The notes beneath the pieces are model-generated. The model was not told the origin of the DNA, did not search any database, and saw nothing but the letters and a program-made list of their open reading frames with translations. This document shows, one piece after another, positions 44,127-54,293 of a DNA stretch of 64,000 nucleotides. Numbering within the stretch: the first letter of the stretch is position 1; each line of letters opens with the position of its first letter. Origin of the DNA: Synechococcaceae cyanobacterium (lineage in GTDB: Bacteria; Cyanobacteriota; Cyanobacteriia; PCC-6307; Cyanobiaceae); assembly GCA_947378425.1 (NCBI GenBank), contig CANCJV010000013.1, positions 2,826 through 66,825 on the forward strand. The letters are read 5' to 3'. Made by a program: the position numbers and the translations under genes.

Positions 44127-46307
44127 ATGGCCCCCGACCCTTCCCCCAGCCCCCAGCCGGTTCGCAGCCAGTGCCCCTATTGCGGCGTGGGTTGTGGTCT
44201 GGAGATGCTGCCGCCCCGCCCCAGTGCAGCTGCCGCAGCCCCTGGTGCCAGCGGCCAACCCTCACCAGCCGGCCCCTGGCAGGCCCGCGGCGATCGCCTC
44301 CATCCCTCCAGCCTCGGCCAGGTGTGCGTCAAGGGGGCCACGGTGGGCGAAAGCCTCGATCCGGGCCGCCTCACCCATCCCCTTTATCGCTCCAGCCGCG
44401 ATCAACCCTTCGAGCGGATTAGCTGGGACCAGGCCTTCGACGTGCTGGTGGAGCGCATTCAGACAACCCTGGACAGCAAGGGCCCCGGGGCGATCGCTAT
44501 GTACGGCAGCGGTCAATTTCTCACGGAGGACTACTACATCGCCCAGAAGCTGTTGAAGGGCGCCCTGGGCACCAACAACTTCGACGCCAATTCCAGGCTG
44601 TGCATGAGTTCGGCCGTCGCCGCCTATCGCCGCAGCTTCGGCTCCGATGGCCCTCCCTGCTGCTACGACGACCTCGACCTGGCCGATGGCGTGCTCTTGA
44701 TCGGCACCAATACCGCCGACTGCCATCCGGTGCTCTTTCAAAGGCTGCTGAAGCGCCGCAAACGGAATCCCGGCTCCGTGCGCGTTGTGGTGGTCGACCC
44801 CCGCGCCACCGCAACCACCGCCGCCGCCGACCTCCATCTGGCGATCGCTTCCGGCACGGATCTGGCCCTGCTGCACGGGGTGGCCCATCTGTTGCTGCGC
44901 GCCGGTGCCCTCGATCGGCCCTTCATGGAGGCGGCCACCGAGGGGTTTGAGGCCTTCGCGGCCCATGTGGAGCCCTGGACTCCGGAACGCACCGCCGCTG
45001 TCTGCAGGATCCCCGAGGAGCAGCTGCATGCCTTTGCCGAGATCTGGGCGGGCTCGGCGGCCATGCTCAGCCTCTGGTCGATGGGGCTGAATCAGCGGGC
45101 TGAAGGCACCGCCACGATCGGCGGGCTGATCAACCTCCACCTGCTCAGCGGTCAGATCTGCCGGCCCGGGGCTGGACCCTTCTCCCTCACCGGTCAGCCT
45201 AATGCCATGGGCGGTCGGGAGGCCGGTGGGCTGGCCCAGCTTCTGCCCGGATACCGCTCGGTGGGCGATGCCGGCCACCGGGTCGAGGTCGAGCAGGCCT
45301 GGGGGCTGCCGCCGGGTGCGATCGATTCCAGCCCGGGCCTGGCGGTATGGCAGCAGATCGAGGCCATGGAGGCCGGCGCCCTCGACCTCTGGTGGGTAGC
45401 AGCCACCAATCCCCTGGTCAGCCTGCCTGATCTCGACCGGGTGCGTGCCGCCCTGGCCCGGTGCCCCCTGGTGGTGCTGAGCGAGGCCTATGCCGGCAGT
45501 GAGACCGCCGCCGCCGCCCATCTGGTGTTGCCCGCGGCCCAGTGGAGTGAGAAGGAGGGCACGATGACCAACTCCGAGCGGCGGGTCACGTTATGTCCGG
45601 CCTTCCGGCCACCCCCGGGTGAGTCCCGTCCCGACTGGCAGGTGTTCGCCGAATTGGGCCGCCGCCTCGGCCATGGGAACCTCTTCCCCGCCGGAGCCAC
45701 CGCGGCCGATGTTCACGCCGAATTCGTGGCCCTCACTGCCGGCCGTGTCTGCGACCTCTCCGGCCTCAGCCATCACCTCCTGGCCGAGGCCGGCCCGCAG
45801 CAGTGGCCGTTTCCACCCGGTACCCCGGCCGGCGGGGAAGCTCGGCGCCTTTACGGCGATCGCCACTTCCCCACCCCTAGCGGCCGGGCCCGTTTCCTGT
45901 GCGATGTCCCCCTGGGCCTGGCCGAGCCACCCTGTGAGCGCTTTCCGCTGGTGCTCACGGTCGGCCGATACCTCGGCCACTGGCACACCATGACCCGCAC
46001 CGGTCAGGTGGCCCGCCTCTCGGCCCAGCATCCGGAGCCCCTTCTGGAGATCCATCCCGACGACGCGGTGGCCCACGGGGTGGCCGATGGCGGGATGGCC
46101 CGGGTCCACTCCCGCCGCGGCAGTGTGTCCGTGCGGGTACAGGTCACGCCACGCATCCGACCCGGCACCCTGTTCCTGCCGATGCACTGGGGGGCCAGCC
46201 AGGTTCATGCCTGCGAAGCCAACCTGCTCACTCACGAGTTGGCCTGTCCCCATTCCCTCCAGCCTGAACTCAAGGCTGCCGCCGTGTGGGTGGAGAGCCT
46301 GGCCTGA
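44127..46307 (+). CDS. narB: Ferredoxin-nitrate reductase (assimilatory, molybdopterin oxidoreductase)
   Basis: It has the N-terminal 4Fe-4S motif CPYCGVGCG, molybdopterin-binding domains, and sits in a cluster with nrt and nirA. Confidence 0.93.
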   Translation: MAPDPSPSPQPVRSQCPYCGVGCGLEMLPPRPSAAAAAPGASGQPSPAGPWQARGDRLHPSSLGQVCVKGATVGESLDPGRLTHPLYRSSRDQPFERISWDQAFDVLVERIQTTLDSKGPGAIAMYGSGQFLTEDYYIAQKLLKGALGTNNFDANSRLCMSSAVAAYRRSFGSDGPPCCYDDLDLADGVLLIGTNTADCHPVLFQRLLKRRKRNPGSVRVVVVDPRATATTAAADLHLAIASGTDLALLHGVAHLLLRAGALDRPFMEAATEGFEAFAAHVEPWTPERTAAVCRIPEEQLHAFAEIWAGSAAMLSLWSMGLNQRAEGTATIGGLINLHLLSGQICRPGAGPFSLTGQPNAMGGREAGGLAQLLPGYRSVGDAGHRVEVEQAWGLPPGAIDSSPGLAVWQQIEAMEAGALDLWWVAATNPLVSLPDLDRVRAALARCPLVVLSEAYAGSETAAAAHLVLPAAQWSEKEGTMTNSERRVTLCPAFRPPPGESRPDWQVFAELGRRLGHGNLFPAGATAADVHAEFVALTAGRVCDLSGLSHHLLAEAGPQQWPFPPGTPAGGEARRLYGDRHFPTPSGRARFLCDVPLGLAEPPCERFPLVLTVGRYLGHWHTMTRTGQVARLSAQHPEPLLEIHPDDAVAHGVADGGMARVHSRRGSVSVRVQVTPRIRPGTLFLPMHWGASQVHACEANLLTHELACPHSLQPELKAAAVWVESLA

Positions 46308-46367
46308 TCAGGCAGGCGGCAGCTTTCCGGTCCCTGCCATCCGAGCACCCCGATATCCGGCTGGCAA

Positions 46368-46985
46368 TCAGCGGCTTTCGATCAGATGGGGAGCGAAGCG
46401 AAGCAAGTGGCTTCCGGTTGGATCCTCCTCGATCAGGCCTTCGCGTCGCCAGCGGGCCATGTGGCGCGTCACAGTGACGCGGGAGTGGTTCACAAGCTCG
46501 GCCAGTCGCTCGTGCTTCAGCCGTACCGGCAGTTCGTACCACTCACCGCAGCGATTCCCCAGGCGATTCACTAGTAGTTGGATCAGGGCTCGGAGCCGCT
46601 GTTCAGGAGTGCTGATATGTTGAATTCTGAGCAGGGCTACGGTCCATTCGGAGAGCCCGATCGTATCGCCATCCTCCGCTGGGCTGGCAGTGCGCAGCAG
46701 ACTGGTGGGTTCGAGGGCCTCCAGGTGCAGCCAGGCGTGGCGCAGCAGTTCCAGGGAGAGGGGATCGCCTGTTTTCAGGAAGCCCAGGGTGATGGGAGCT
46801 GTAATGTCGCCGTTCGGCTCACTGGTGGTGAACGCAACGCGGATCAGACCCCGGCCGACCTGCAGCCTGGTGAGTTGGCGTAGGTGATCGCCATCCAGCA
46901 TGAGGGTGTGGCCCTTGGGGATGCACAGAAAGGGGGTCGCGTTTGAAGACGAGATCATGGTGCCATCAGCCGTCCTGGTGGGCAT
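46368..46985 (-). CDS. Crp/Fnr-family transcriptional regulator
   Basis: The C-terminal HTH reads ERLAELVNHSRVTVTRHMARWRREGLI and the N-terminus has a beta-roll-like region. It lies at the distal end of the nrt operon. An alternative ATG lies at 46958. Confidence 0.7.
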   Translation of the reverse strand: MPTRTADGTMISSSNATPFLCIPKGHTLMLDGDHLRQLTRLQVGRGLIRVAFTTSEPNGDITAPITLGFLKTGDPLSLELLRHAWLHLEALEPTSLLRTASPAEDGDTIGLSEWTVALLRIQHISTPEQRLRALIQLLVNRLGNRCGEWYELPVRLKHERLAELVNHSRVTVTRHMARWRREGLIEEDPTGSHLLRFAPHLIESR

Positions 46986-47823
46986 GGCGCCGGTACAGGA
47001 AATCGAGGGCGTGGTTGCGCAGGCGGCCGTAGCGGGGATCGGACTGGATCTGTTCGTAGCTTCGGGGACGATCGAAGGGAACGCTGAGGATTTCGCCGAT
47101 CGTGGCGGCCGGTCCGTTGGTCATCATCACAATGCGATCGGCGAGGAAAAGGGCCTCGTCGATGTCGTGTGTGATCATCAGCACGGTGCAGTTCTGGATG
47201 CCGGGCTGCTGGGTGTTCCAGTCAAAGTTCATCCAGATTTTGAGCAGTTCCTCCTGCAGCTCCTCCTTGGTGATCGCGTCGAGGGCGCCGAACGGTTCAT
47301 CGAGCACCAGAACCGCTGGATTGACCGCCAGCGCACGGGCGATCGCCACCCGTTGCTTCATCCCTCCGGAGATCTGGCCGGGTCGCTGATCGGCTGCGTC
47401 GCTCAGGTGGACCATCTCCAAGTGATGGTCCACCACCCGGCGGCGTGACGCCGGGTCTAGTTCAGGGCGTGCTGCCTTGACAGCGAGTTCCACGTTCTGG
47501 CGCACGGTCTTCCAAGGCAGCAAGGAATAGTTCTGGAAGACCACCATCCGGTCCGGCCCCGGGCGTTCAATCGGCTGACCAGCCAGAAGCACCTTGCCAG
47601 CGCTGGGCTGTAGAAAGCCCGAAACCATGTTGAGCAGGGTGCTCTTGCCGCAGCCGGAGTGGCCGATCACACAGAGGAATTCCCCTTGGTTCACCTGCAG
47701 ATTGATGTCCCGCAGGGCCTCGTATCGGCCCCGCCGGGTCTCGAAGACCTGGCTGACCTGCTTGAACTCCAGGAAGCTGGGGCTTCCAGGAGGCCGGGGG
47801 GAATCCAGAAGTGGGCTGGTCAT
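46966..47823 (-). CDS. nrtD: Nitrate/nitrite ABC transporter ATP-binding protein NrtD
   Basis: Walker A GHSGCGKST, the signature ISGGMKQR and Walker B LVLDEPF are present. An ATGA overlap occurs with nrtC. Confidence 0.9.
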   Translation of the reverse strand: MTSPLLDSPRPPGSPSFLEFKQVSQVFETRRGRYEALRDINLQVNQGEFLCVIGHSGCGKSTLLNMVSGFLQPSAGKVLLAGQPIERPGPDRMVVFQNYSLLPWKTVRQNVELAVKAARPELDPASRRRVVDHHLEMVHLSDAADQRPGQISGGMKQRVAIARALAVNPAVLVLDEPFGALDAITKEELQEELLKIWMNFDWNTQQPGIQNCTVLMITHDIDEALFLADRIVMMTNGPAATIGEILSVPFDRPRSYEQIQSDPRYGRLRNHALDFLYRRHAHQDG

Positions 47824-49892
47824 CTCAGATCGGGCACAGGAACGGCGGATGGCGGCGGCAAGGTCACGCTGGACAGGGGCGGTTGGGCCGCATCCGGCAG
47901 GGAGCGGAGGTAGTCGAGAGGGGTGTCCTGGTCAAAGGCGATGCCATCGGCAAGCAGGAAGGGATGGCGATCCGGTCGAAGGGCGGCATAGCCGGCTCGG
48001 GCCAGGGCGCGGTCGCACAGGTCTGGGCGGTACACCTGGCCCAGCAGTTCCAGCCGGTTCGTGGGGAAAGGGCAGAGCCCCCAGCGACTGAACTGGGCAA
48101 GGATCCAAGCCCCCTCCGCGGGATTGGGCACATGGGCCCGATCGGCGTGGTAGCAGTTGAAGTGCAGCAGGGTGCGGGGCTGCTCGTCGGTGCCATCGTC
48201 GAACTGGTTGCGCAGGGCGATGGCGGCCCGGCGGCCCAACCACTGGGGCTGGCTGAGCAGCGCGGCGAGCTCATCGCGTCGGCCACCGTCGTCGCAGCGG
48301 GCGCCTGCCCTCATCAAGCCGGCCCCCAGGGCCTCAAGGGCATCCGAGTTGGCCTCCGCCCAGGCTTCCGAGCAGGTGAGCACTTTCTCAGGGTGCCCGC
48401 TCCAGATGTCGAGGTCGGTGGCGAGCACGTAGCCCTGCCGATCTTCCACCGCTTCGGCGACGCGGTAGCGGCCGGCCACGAAGCCCTGCACCCGTTCGGT
48501 TCGCAGGGCGCCTTGCATCACCATCGGTGAGAGAGCCTCAAAGCGCACCTGTCGTTCTGGGTCGATGCCTCCTCCGACCAGCCAGTGACGGACGAGCAAT
48601 TCGGCGATGCCGAAACGTTGGGGCACGGCCAGGTGCAGAGGCTGCTCGCACTGATCCAGCCAGCGGGCCAGGCTCAGGCGGTCCCTCACCCCGGCCTGGA
48701 GAAGGGGGCGGCCCAGGCATAGGGCATTGCCGTTCCGGCTGACCGTCATCGGTGTGATCGCCGCCCAGGGCTGGCGGCCTTCGAGGCCGAGACTGAGGTT
48801 TAAGGGGGTGGTGGCCGGTGTGATCGCAACCTGCAGCTCACCGGCAACCAGAGCCGCATCAAGCCGCTCCCAAGATGCGAACGAGATCGGCACCAACTGC
48901 AAGGAGTTCCGATCGAAGAGATCCTGAGCCAAGGCCAGGGCTAAGGGAGCGATATCGAGGCCCGGCAGGTAGCCCAGCCGCACCATGCGCGGTGCCGGCC
49001 CCACCCCCGGCACCGGCCGGCCGGGCCCGGCAGCGGTGGCGACTCCAGCGGACTCTTCAACCGACGTGGTCCCCGGCCCGGCCATGGTGGCGCGGACCGT
49101 GCGGCGCTGGCGGAGGCGGCGCTGCTGCTGCAGAAAACCGATCAGTTCAGCCCGCAGGTCGTAGTAGGCGGGATGCTCCATCACCTCCAGCCGCTGCCGC
49201 GGCCGGGGGAACGGCACCCGCAGGATCTGGCCGATACCGGCCTCCGGTCCGTTGGTCATCATCACCACGCGGTCGGCGAGGAGCAGGGCCTCATCAACGT
49301 CGTGGGTCACCATCACCGTGGTGACACCGGCCTCTTGGCAGATCTGCATCAGCTGCTGCTGCAGATTGCCGCGAGTGAGTGCGTCGAGTGCGCCAAAGGG
49401 TTCATCGAGCAGCAGCAACCGCGGCTGGATCGACAGAGCGCGGGCGATCGCGACCCGCTGCTTCATGCCACCGGATAGTTCGGCCGGGAGCTTGTCGGCG
49501 GCCTGCGTCAGCCCCACCAGCGCCAGGCTGTCGTCCACCTTGGCCTTGCGTTCGCTGGCGCTGGCACCGCCCATCACCCGGTTCACCGCCAGGGCCACGT
49601 TCTGTCGGGCCGTTTGCCAGGGCAGCAGGGAGTAGTTCTGAAAAACCACCATCCGGTCCGGTCCCGGTTCGGTCACTTGGCGGCCATCCATCAAGATGCC
49701 GCCGCTGCTCGCTTGGGCGAGACCGGCCATCAGGTTGAGCAAGGTGCTCTTGCCGCAGCCCGAGTGGCCGATCAACGCGATGAACTCGCCTTTGGTGACC
49801 TCCAGGTCGATGTTCTTCAGGGCGACATAGCGGCCGCCGTTATCGAGCGGAAACTCCTGGGTGACATCATCAACAGTAAGGAATGCGGCCAT
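47820..49892 (-). CDS. nrtC: Nitrate/nitrite ABC transporter ATP-binding protein NrtC (ABC domain + NrtA-like C-terminal domain)
   Basis: The N-terminal ABC motifs are GHSGCGKST, LSGGMKQR and LLLDEPF. A C-terminal extension of about 400 aa is typical of NrtC. The start is MAAFLTVDDV. Confidence 0.9.
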   Translation of the reverse strand: MAAFLTVDDVTQEFPLDNGGRYVALKNIDLEVTKGEFIALIGHSGCGKSTLLNLMAGLAQASSGGILMDGRQVTEPGPDRMVVFQNYSLLPWQTARQNVALAVNRVMGGASASERKAKVDDSLALVGLTQAADKLPAELSGGMKQRVAIARALSIQPRLLLLDEPFGALDALTRGNLQQQLMQICQEAGVTTVMVTHDVDEALLLADRVVMMTNGPEAGIGQILRVPFPRPRQRLEVMEHPAYYDLRAELIGFLQQQRRLRQRRTVRATMAGPGTTSVEESAGVATAAGPGRPVPGVGPAPRMVRLGYLPGLDIAPLALALAQDLFDRNSLQLVPISFASWERLDAALVAGELQVAITPATTPLNLSLGLEGRQPWAAITPMTVSRNGNALCLGRPLLQAGVRDRLSLARWLDQCEQPLHLAVPQRFGIAELLVRHWLVGGGIDPERQVRFEALSPMVMQGALRTERVQGFVAGRYRVAEAVEDRQGYVLATDLDIWSGHPEKVLTCSEAWAEANSDALEALGAGLMRAGARCDDGGRRDELAALLSQPQWLGRRAAIALRNQFDDGTDEQPRTLLHFNCYHADRAHVPNPAEGAWILAQFSRWGLCPFPTNRLELLGQVYRPDLCDRALARAGYAALRPDRHPFLLADGIAFDQDTPLDYLRSLPDAAQPPLSSVTLPPPSAVPVPDLR

Positions 49893-49893
49893 C

Positions 49894-50736
49894 TCAGCGG
49901 GCTCCACTGGCGATGAGGCTGCCGAGCCAGGCCACGAGCCGATCAAGGGCCAGGCCCACTAGGCCGATTACAGCAATGGCCAGAATGATCTGGCTGGTGC
50001 TGGTGTCGCCGCCGGCGTTGTACGCATCCCAGATGAAGAAGCCGATGCCGCCATCGGCCTTCAGCATTTCCGCCGCCACGATCGCCAGCCAGGCCAGGCC
50101 GATGGCGATGCGAAGCCCCGTGAACACGTAGGGAGCTGTGGCCGGCATCAGGATGTCGACCAGGTAAGTGCGCTTGCTCAGGCGCAGCACCCGGGCGACG
50201 TTGGTGTAGTCCTGCGGTATTTCATTGATGCCGACGGCCGTGTTGATGATGATCGGCCAGATGGCGGTGATGAAGATCACGAAGATGGCGGCGCTGTCGG
50301 CCTGTTCGAACACCAGGAGCGAGATCGGCAGCCAGGCCAGTGGAGGCACGGTGCGCAACACCTGAATCAACGGATCGAAGCCACGCCGCAGGAAGCGGTT
50401 GAGGCCGATGGCGAGACCCGCTCCGATGCCGACGATCGCCGCGAGGCTGTAGCCCAAGGCGACGCGCTGCAGGGAAATCAGGAGCTGCAGCCCCAGACCT
50501 TTGGCGGTGCCGCCTTCATCAAAAAAGGGATGTTTGATGTAGGGGTCCCAGGTCTGGACGATCACTTCAATCGGACCTGGGAAGCCGTTCCGGTTGATCT
50601 GCGTCAGGAGCTGCCAGAGCAGCAGAGTCAGGCCGATGCACACCACCGGGGCCTTGATCTGAAGCGCCAGAGGTGAGCTCAGCCAGCTCTTCGCCGGTTG
50701 GCGCTTGCTCTGGGGGGAAGCGGTCAGAGTGGTCAT
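49894..50736 (-). CDS. nrtB: Nitrate/nitrite ABC transporter permease NrtB
   Basis: It is a multi-TM BPD-type permease lying between nrtA and nrtC. The ATG start is at 50736; the ORF track GTG is at 50787. Confidence 0.88.
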   Translation of the reverse strand: MTTLTASPQSKRQPAKSWLSSPLALQIKAPVVCIGLTLLLWQLLTQINRNGFPGPIEVIVQTWDPYIKHPFFDEGGTAKGLGLQLLISLQRVALGYSLAAIVGIGAGLAIGLNRFLRRGFDPLIQVLRTVPPLAWLPISLLVFEQADSAAIFVIFITAIWPIIINTAVGINEIPQDYTNVARVLRLSKRTYLVDILMPATAPYVFTGLRIAIGLAWLAIVAAEMLKADGGIGFFIWDAYNAGGDTSTSQIILAIAVIGLVGLALDRLVAWLGSLIASGAR

Positions 50737-50894
50737 CAATCGGGGGCGCTGACGGTGGGCAAGGGTGAGGGACTCGGGCAGTCCCACATCGTTCAGAACA
50801 CGGGGAGACTGAGGCGTGGAAGAGAGTTTGGAGTGGTGCGGGAGATGAACAGGAAGCCCATCACCCCGGACGAGCGGGATGATGGGCCCTCAGA

Positions 50895-52190
50895 TCATTT
50901 CAGAGCCTTGATCTTGAGGCTGTTGAGATAGGCCTGGGGATTGTTGGAGTCAAACTTGGTGCCGTCAAAGAACACCTCCAAACCACGGGAATCGCCGGCG
51001 GGACCAGTGCCGTAGCCATTGGCTTTGGCAGCGGCCCGCCAGAGGTCGCTGCGATTCACTTGATTCACCAGGGACTTGATGTTGGTTCCCTTCGGCAGAT
51101 AGCCCCAGCGGATGTCTTCGGTCACAAACCAGGTGTCATGGCTCTTGTAGGGGAAGGAAGCATTATCAGCCCAGAACTTCATCTTTAGGCCGGGGATATT
51201 CTCAACCTTGCCCGTGCCAAAATCGATTTTGCCCTGAAGCCGGGGCAGGAGATCATCCACGGTGGCCTTGACGTACTTGTCTTCAGAAAGGATCTTGGCC
51301 AGTTCATTGGTGTTGGCAGGGTTGTCGGCCCACTTCTGGGCTTGTTGCACGGCCATCAGCAGGCGCAGGGTGGCATTGGGGTTCTTCTTCACCCAGTCGG
51401 CGCGCATGGCGAAGGCCTTCTCAGGGTGATTCTTCCAGATCTGACCGGTGATCAGGACGCTATAGCCAAGCTTTTTATTGACCAGGCGCTCGTTCCAGGG
51501 CTCGCCAACAGCGAAGACATCCATGGTGCCCGACTTCATGTTGGCCACCATCTGCGGCGGCGGGATCACCACCAGGTCAGCCTTCTTGTTCGGGTCGACG
51601 CCATTGGCCGACAGCCAGTAGCGCATCCATAGGTCGTGGGTGCCGCCCGGGAAGGTCACAGCAGCCTTGAACTTATCTCCAGTTGCATTCTTGCGGTCGA
51701 CCGCCTTGGCGAGACCAGGCGCTTTGACACTGAACTTGTCCTTTAGAAAATCGTTGGAGGCTGAAATGCCCTGACCATTGAGGTTCAATCGCGCCAAGAT
51801 GAACATCGGCACGGGCTGCCTGCTCTTGGTGATCGCCCCGCTGGTCAGCAGATAGGGCATCGGTGACAGGATATGGGCACCATCGATGCCGCCGCGGGCA
51901 CCGCCCAGCTCCAGGTTGTCGCGGGTCACAGCCCAAGAGGTCTGCTTCTTGAGCTCCACTCCGGTCATGCCCTGCTTAACGAAGAAGCCCTTCTCCTTGG
52001 CGATGATCAGGGGGGCAGCATCGGTGAGGGCGATGAAGCCCAGCTCCACACTGGTGGTTTCGGGCTTGCCGGGGGCAGCCTGGGCGGGGCCGGCGCCCAG
52101 CAAGGTGGCGAGACTGCCGAACTGAACCACCGCACCGGTGGCGACGGCCAGGCCGGTGCGCAGGACTTGGCGGCGAGTGAAAGGGGTCAT
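50895..52190 (-). CDS. nrtA: Nitrate/nitrite ABC transporter substrate-binding protein NrtA
   Basis: It has a Tat-type signal (MTPFTRRQVLRTG) and a periplasmic-binding fold. It is the first gene of nrtABCD. Confidence 0.9.
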   Translation of the reverse strand: MTPFTRRQVLRTGLAVATGAVVQFGSLATLLGAGPAQAAPGKPETTSVELGFIALTDAAPLIIAKEKGFFVKQGMTGVELKKQTSWAVTRDNLELGGARGGIDGAHILSPMPYLLTSGAITKSRQPVPMFILARLNLNGQGISASNDFLKDKFSVKAPGLAKAVDRKNATGDKFKAAVTFPGGTHDLWMRYWLSANGVDPNKKADLVVIPPPQMVANMKSGTMDVFAVGEPWNERLVNKKLGYSVLITGQIWKNHPEKAFAMRADWVKKNPNATLRLLMAVQQAQKWADNPANTNELAKILSEDKYVKATVDDLLPRLQGKIDFGTGKVENIPGLKMKFWADNASFPYKSHDTWFVTEDIRWGYLPKGTNIKSLVNQVNRSDLWRAAAKANGYGTGPAGDSRGLEVFFDGTKFDSNNPQAYLNSLKIKALK

Positions 52191-52746
52191 GGGGTGATCA
52201 GGTAGCGGAAAGGGGCGACGATCGGCCGCCGGGACGGGAACTTAGAAGTGAATAGAGTTGCTGCCGGTCGGCAAAGCTGGAGGGTGCGGCCGGCTCCGTC
52301 GGTACAGAGCCGTCTCCAGGCGGGGGGTATCAGAGCCAGGAACCCAGTGATGGAAATCCTGGTAGGAACGACATCCCTGCAACCTCAGTCCATGGGTTTC
52401 GGATTAGAAACCTATTTCCAACCCCAAGGGGGAGGGAATAGGACCCGATGGTGGTCATCAGGATTGGTTGAATCCCGACGACTCCTGAACTGAACCGCCC
52501 GGTTTATCGCATTACCTTCCCTCAGCATCTTGGGGACAAGACACTGTTGAGTGGTCAGCAAAAACCTTGAAGGCAGTGCTAGTGGGGAGCTGGTGGATGG
52601 AGAGCGGCCGGCCAGCGACATCAGGGCTTCACAACAAAGAGCCCATGGCGAATGTTTTGATCGGCGCTAATGCTTGCCGATGCATCTACAAAATCATGCG
52701 TCCCCAGACCGCGTCCGTGGCTGTCGTTACAGAAACGCCCTCATTG

Positions 52747-53214
52747 TCAGATCTTCAGGCCAAATTCTTCCAGGGCCCTGGGCAGGTTGCGGTGCTCGTG
52801 GCCGGGATGGCAGAGCTTGACAAGAGCGAAACGTTCCAGTTCATCAAGTCGGCTCCATCGCTCTTCGTGGAGGGTGACTCCCAGCTGCCGACACGACTCC
52901 AGCAGGATGTCCGGGATGCATCCGCCCCGTAGCCAGGCCGCAGTGAGGAGGGGATCGATCGCTCGGGCCGGCCCCTGGGGCAGGTCGGCGCTGCGGGAAA
53001 GCAGCCACCGGCGCAACCCCTCCAGCTCGTCCGTGCTGTCGGGCCAGGCCAGCAGGTCGCGCCGTTCCGCCTCGCTCAGGCCATGCCAGTGCACCAACTT
53101 CAGCTTCACCCCCGCCAGATCGAGCTTGCGACGCACCGCCATCGGGATGCAGCGCAGATCGCCACTGAAGTCCGCCTCGAACGCGAAGATGCGCCGGTGT
53201 CGGTCGCCACTCAT
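52747..53214 (-). CDS. narM: Nitrate reductase-associated protein (NarM-type)
   Basis: 155 aa. The pattern FAFEADFSGDLRCIPMAVRRKLDLAGVKLKL..W..LS..ER is typical of the cyanobacterial nitrate-reductase-associated family. Confidence 0.7.
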   Translation of the reverse strand: MSGDRHRRIFAFEADFSGDLRCIPMAVRRKLDLAGVKLKLVHWHGLSEAERRDLLAWPDSTDELEGLRRWLLSRSADLPQGPARAIDPLLTAAWLRGGCIPDILLESCRQLGVTLHEERWSRLDELERFALVKLCHPGHEHRNLPRALEEFGLKI

Positions 53215-54293
53215 GGCGCCAGCTCCTGACGCAGCCGTTCGCCGCAGCGCGCCTGCAGCAGGGCCCGGGCCTGATCCAGGCCTGCCGGCAGACTGCTGAA
53301 ACGCCCTGCCAGCCAGAGGTAGGCTCCCAGATTCCAGAGTAGGGCTTCCGCCAGGGGACCTTCACCGCGAAGCGCTGCCAGGCCCTCGCTTTGCCAGGTC
53401 TCCAGGTTGGTCCAGGCCTGCTCGGGGGAGTTGATGCCATGGTCGCGAGGGTGCAGCAGGATCCGCTCCACGCTCCCGTCACGAACCCGTGCTGTGATTC
53501 CCGCCCGCGTGGTGGGCAGATCGGTGGAGCCCTCCAGTCCCTTCACCGTGAGCAGATTGGTTTCACCGGCTGCCGTCAGGGCCTCCCAGGCGCGGGTTTC
53601 CGTGGGGGGATGCACAAAGCCACTGACCAGGAGATGCTCGCCGCGATGCGGTGTCCAGAGCAGTTCGAGGCTGGCTACCGGGGGCCGTTTGCCGATCGCG
53701 TCCCGAATCGCGACCAGCCGCTCAGCGCCAGGGAAGTGATCGGGTTGGTGGGTGAGGGCCAGACCATGCCGATCGAGGCGTGCCTGCACGGTGGCCAGGG
53801 GCAGGCCGCACCATTCGATGCCCAGGCTGCGGAACAGCTCCGCCAGGGTCACCCCGTATTTCACAGGCATCGGAGCGCCACCGTGCAGCACCACCGGCAG
53901 CCCGGCGGCGGCCAAGCTGAGGGCAAGCAGGGGCAGCAGGGGGGCGGTGCGGCTGCGGCCGTCGTAGGGCACGCCGAAGCAGAGGGGCGCTGGACCGCAG
54001 CTGGTGAGGCTTGGTCCATGGTCTCGATAGCTCTCCAGCATGCCGGTGAGCTCCAGGGGGGCCGGACGGCGGATGCGGTGGGCAATCAGAAAAGCCCCGA
54101 TCTGGGCCTCGTCAACCTGACCTGTGAGCATCAGGTCGATGGCGGTGCGGGCTTCTTCGCGGCTCAGGCCGGTGCTGGTGTGTTCACCGCTGCCTACCTT
54201 GCCGATCAGCTCGCGGAACAGCGCCCGCTCCGGACCGAGGGCCCGAAGTTGGGCGGCCCGGCGCTCCTCCCCGGCCGCTGGCAGCGATGCCAT
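53211..54293 (-). CDS. Anthranilate phosphoribosyltransferase-like (glycosyl transferase family 3) protein
   Basis: The internal ATG gives MASLPAAGEE... It has a TrpD-like N-terminal helical domain (LSREEARTAIDLMLTGQVDEAQIGAFLIAHRIR) and the segment GKRPPVASLELL. The ORF extension to 54578 is rejected. Confidence 0.7.
   Translation of the reverse strand: MASLPAAGEERRAAQLRALGPERALFRELIGKVGSGEHTSTGLSREEARTAIDLMLTGQVDEAQIGAFLIAHRIRRPAPLELTGMLESYRDHGPSLTSCGPAPLCFGVPYDGRSRTAPLLPLLALSLAAAGLPVVLHGGAPMPVKYGVTLAELFRSLGIEWCGLPLATVQARLDRHGLALTHQPDHFPGAERLVAIRDAIGKRPPVASLELLWTPHRGEHLLVSGFVHPPTETRAWEALTAAGETNLLTVKGLEGSTDLPTTRAGITARVRDGSVERILLHPRDHGINSPEQAWTNLETWQSEGLAALRGEGPLAEALLWNLGAYLWLAGRFSSLPAGLDQARALLQARCGERLRQELAP

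Noticed and set aside
44262-45521. 419-aa antisense ORF inside narB, and similar ORFs inside nirA (54667-55689), nrtC (47811-48530) and the scaffold-like gene (60083-61129)
   Set aside because: They are antisense to strongly supported genes and contain no motifs.
52220-52260. Glutamine-riboswitch-like GGGACGGGAAC segment upstream of nrtA
   Set aside because: It bears only a superficial resemblance to the glnA-motif core and lies on the strand opposite to the downstream genes.
52567-52932. 121-aa + strand ORF upstream of nrtA, and the 69-aa - strand ORF at 52412-52621
   Set aside because: The first overlaps narM in antisense. Both have implausible composition and no start context.
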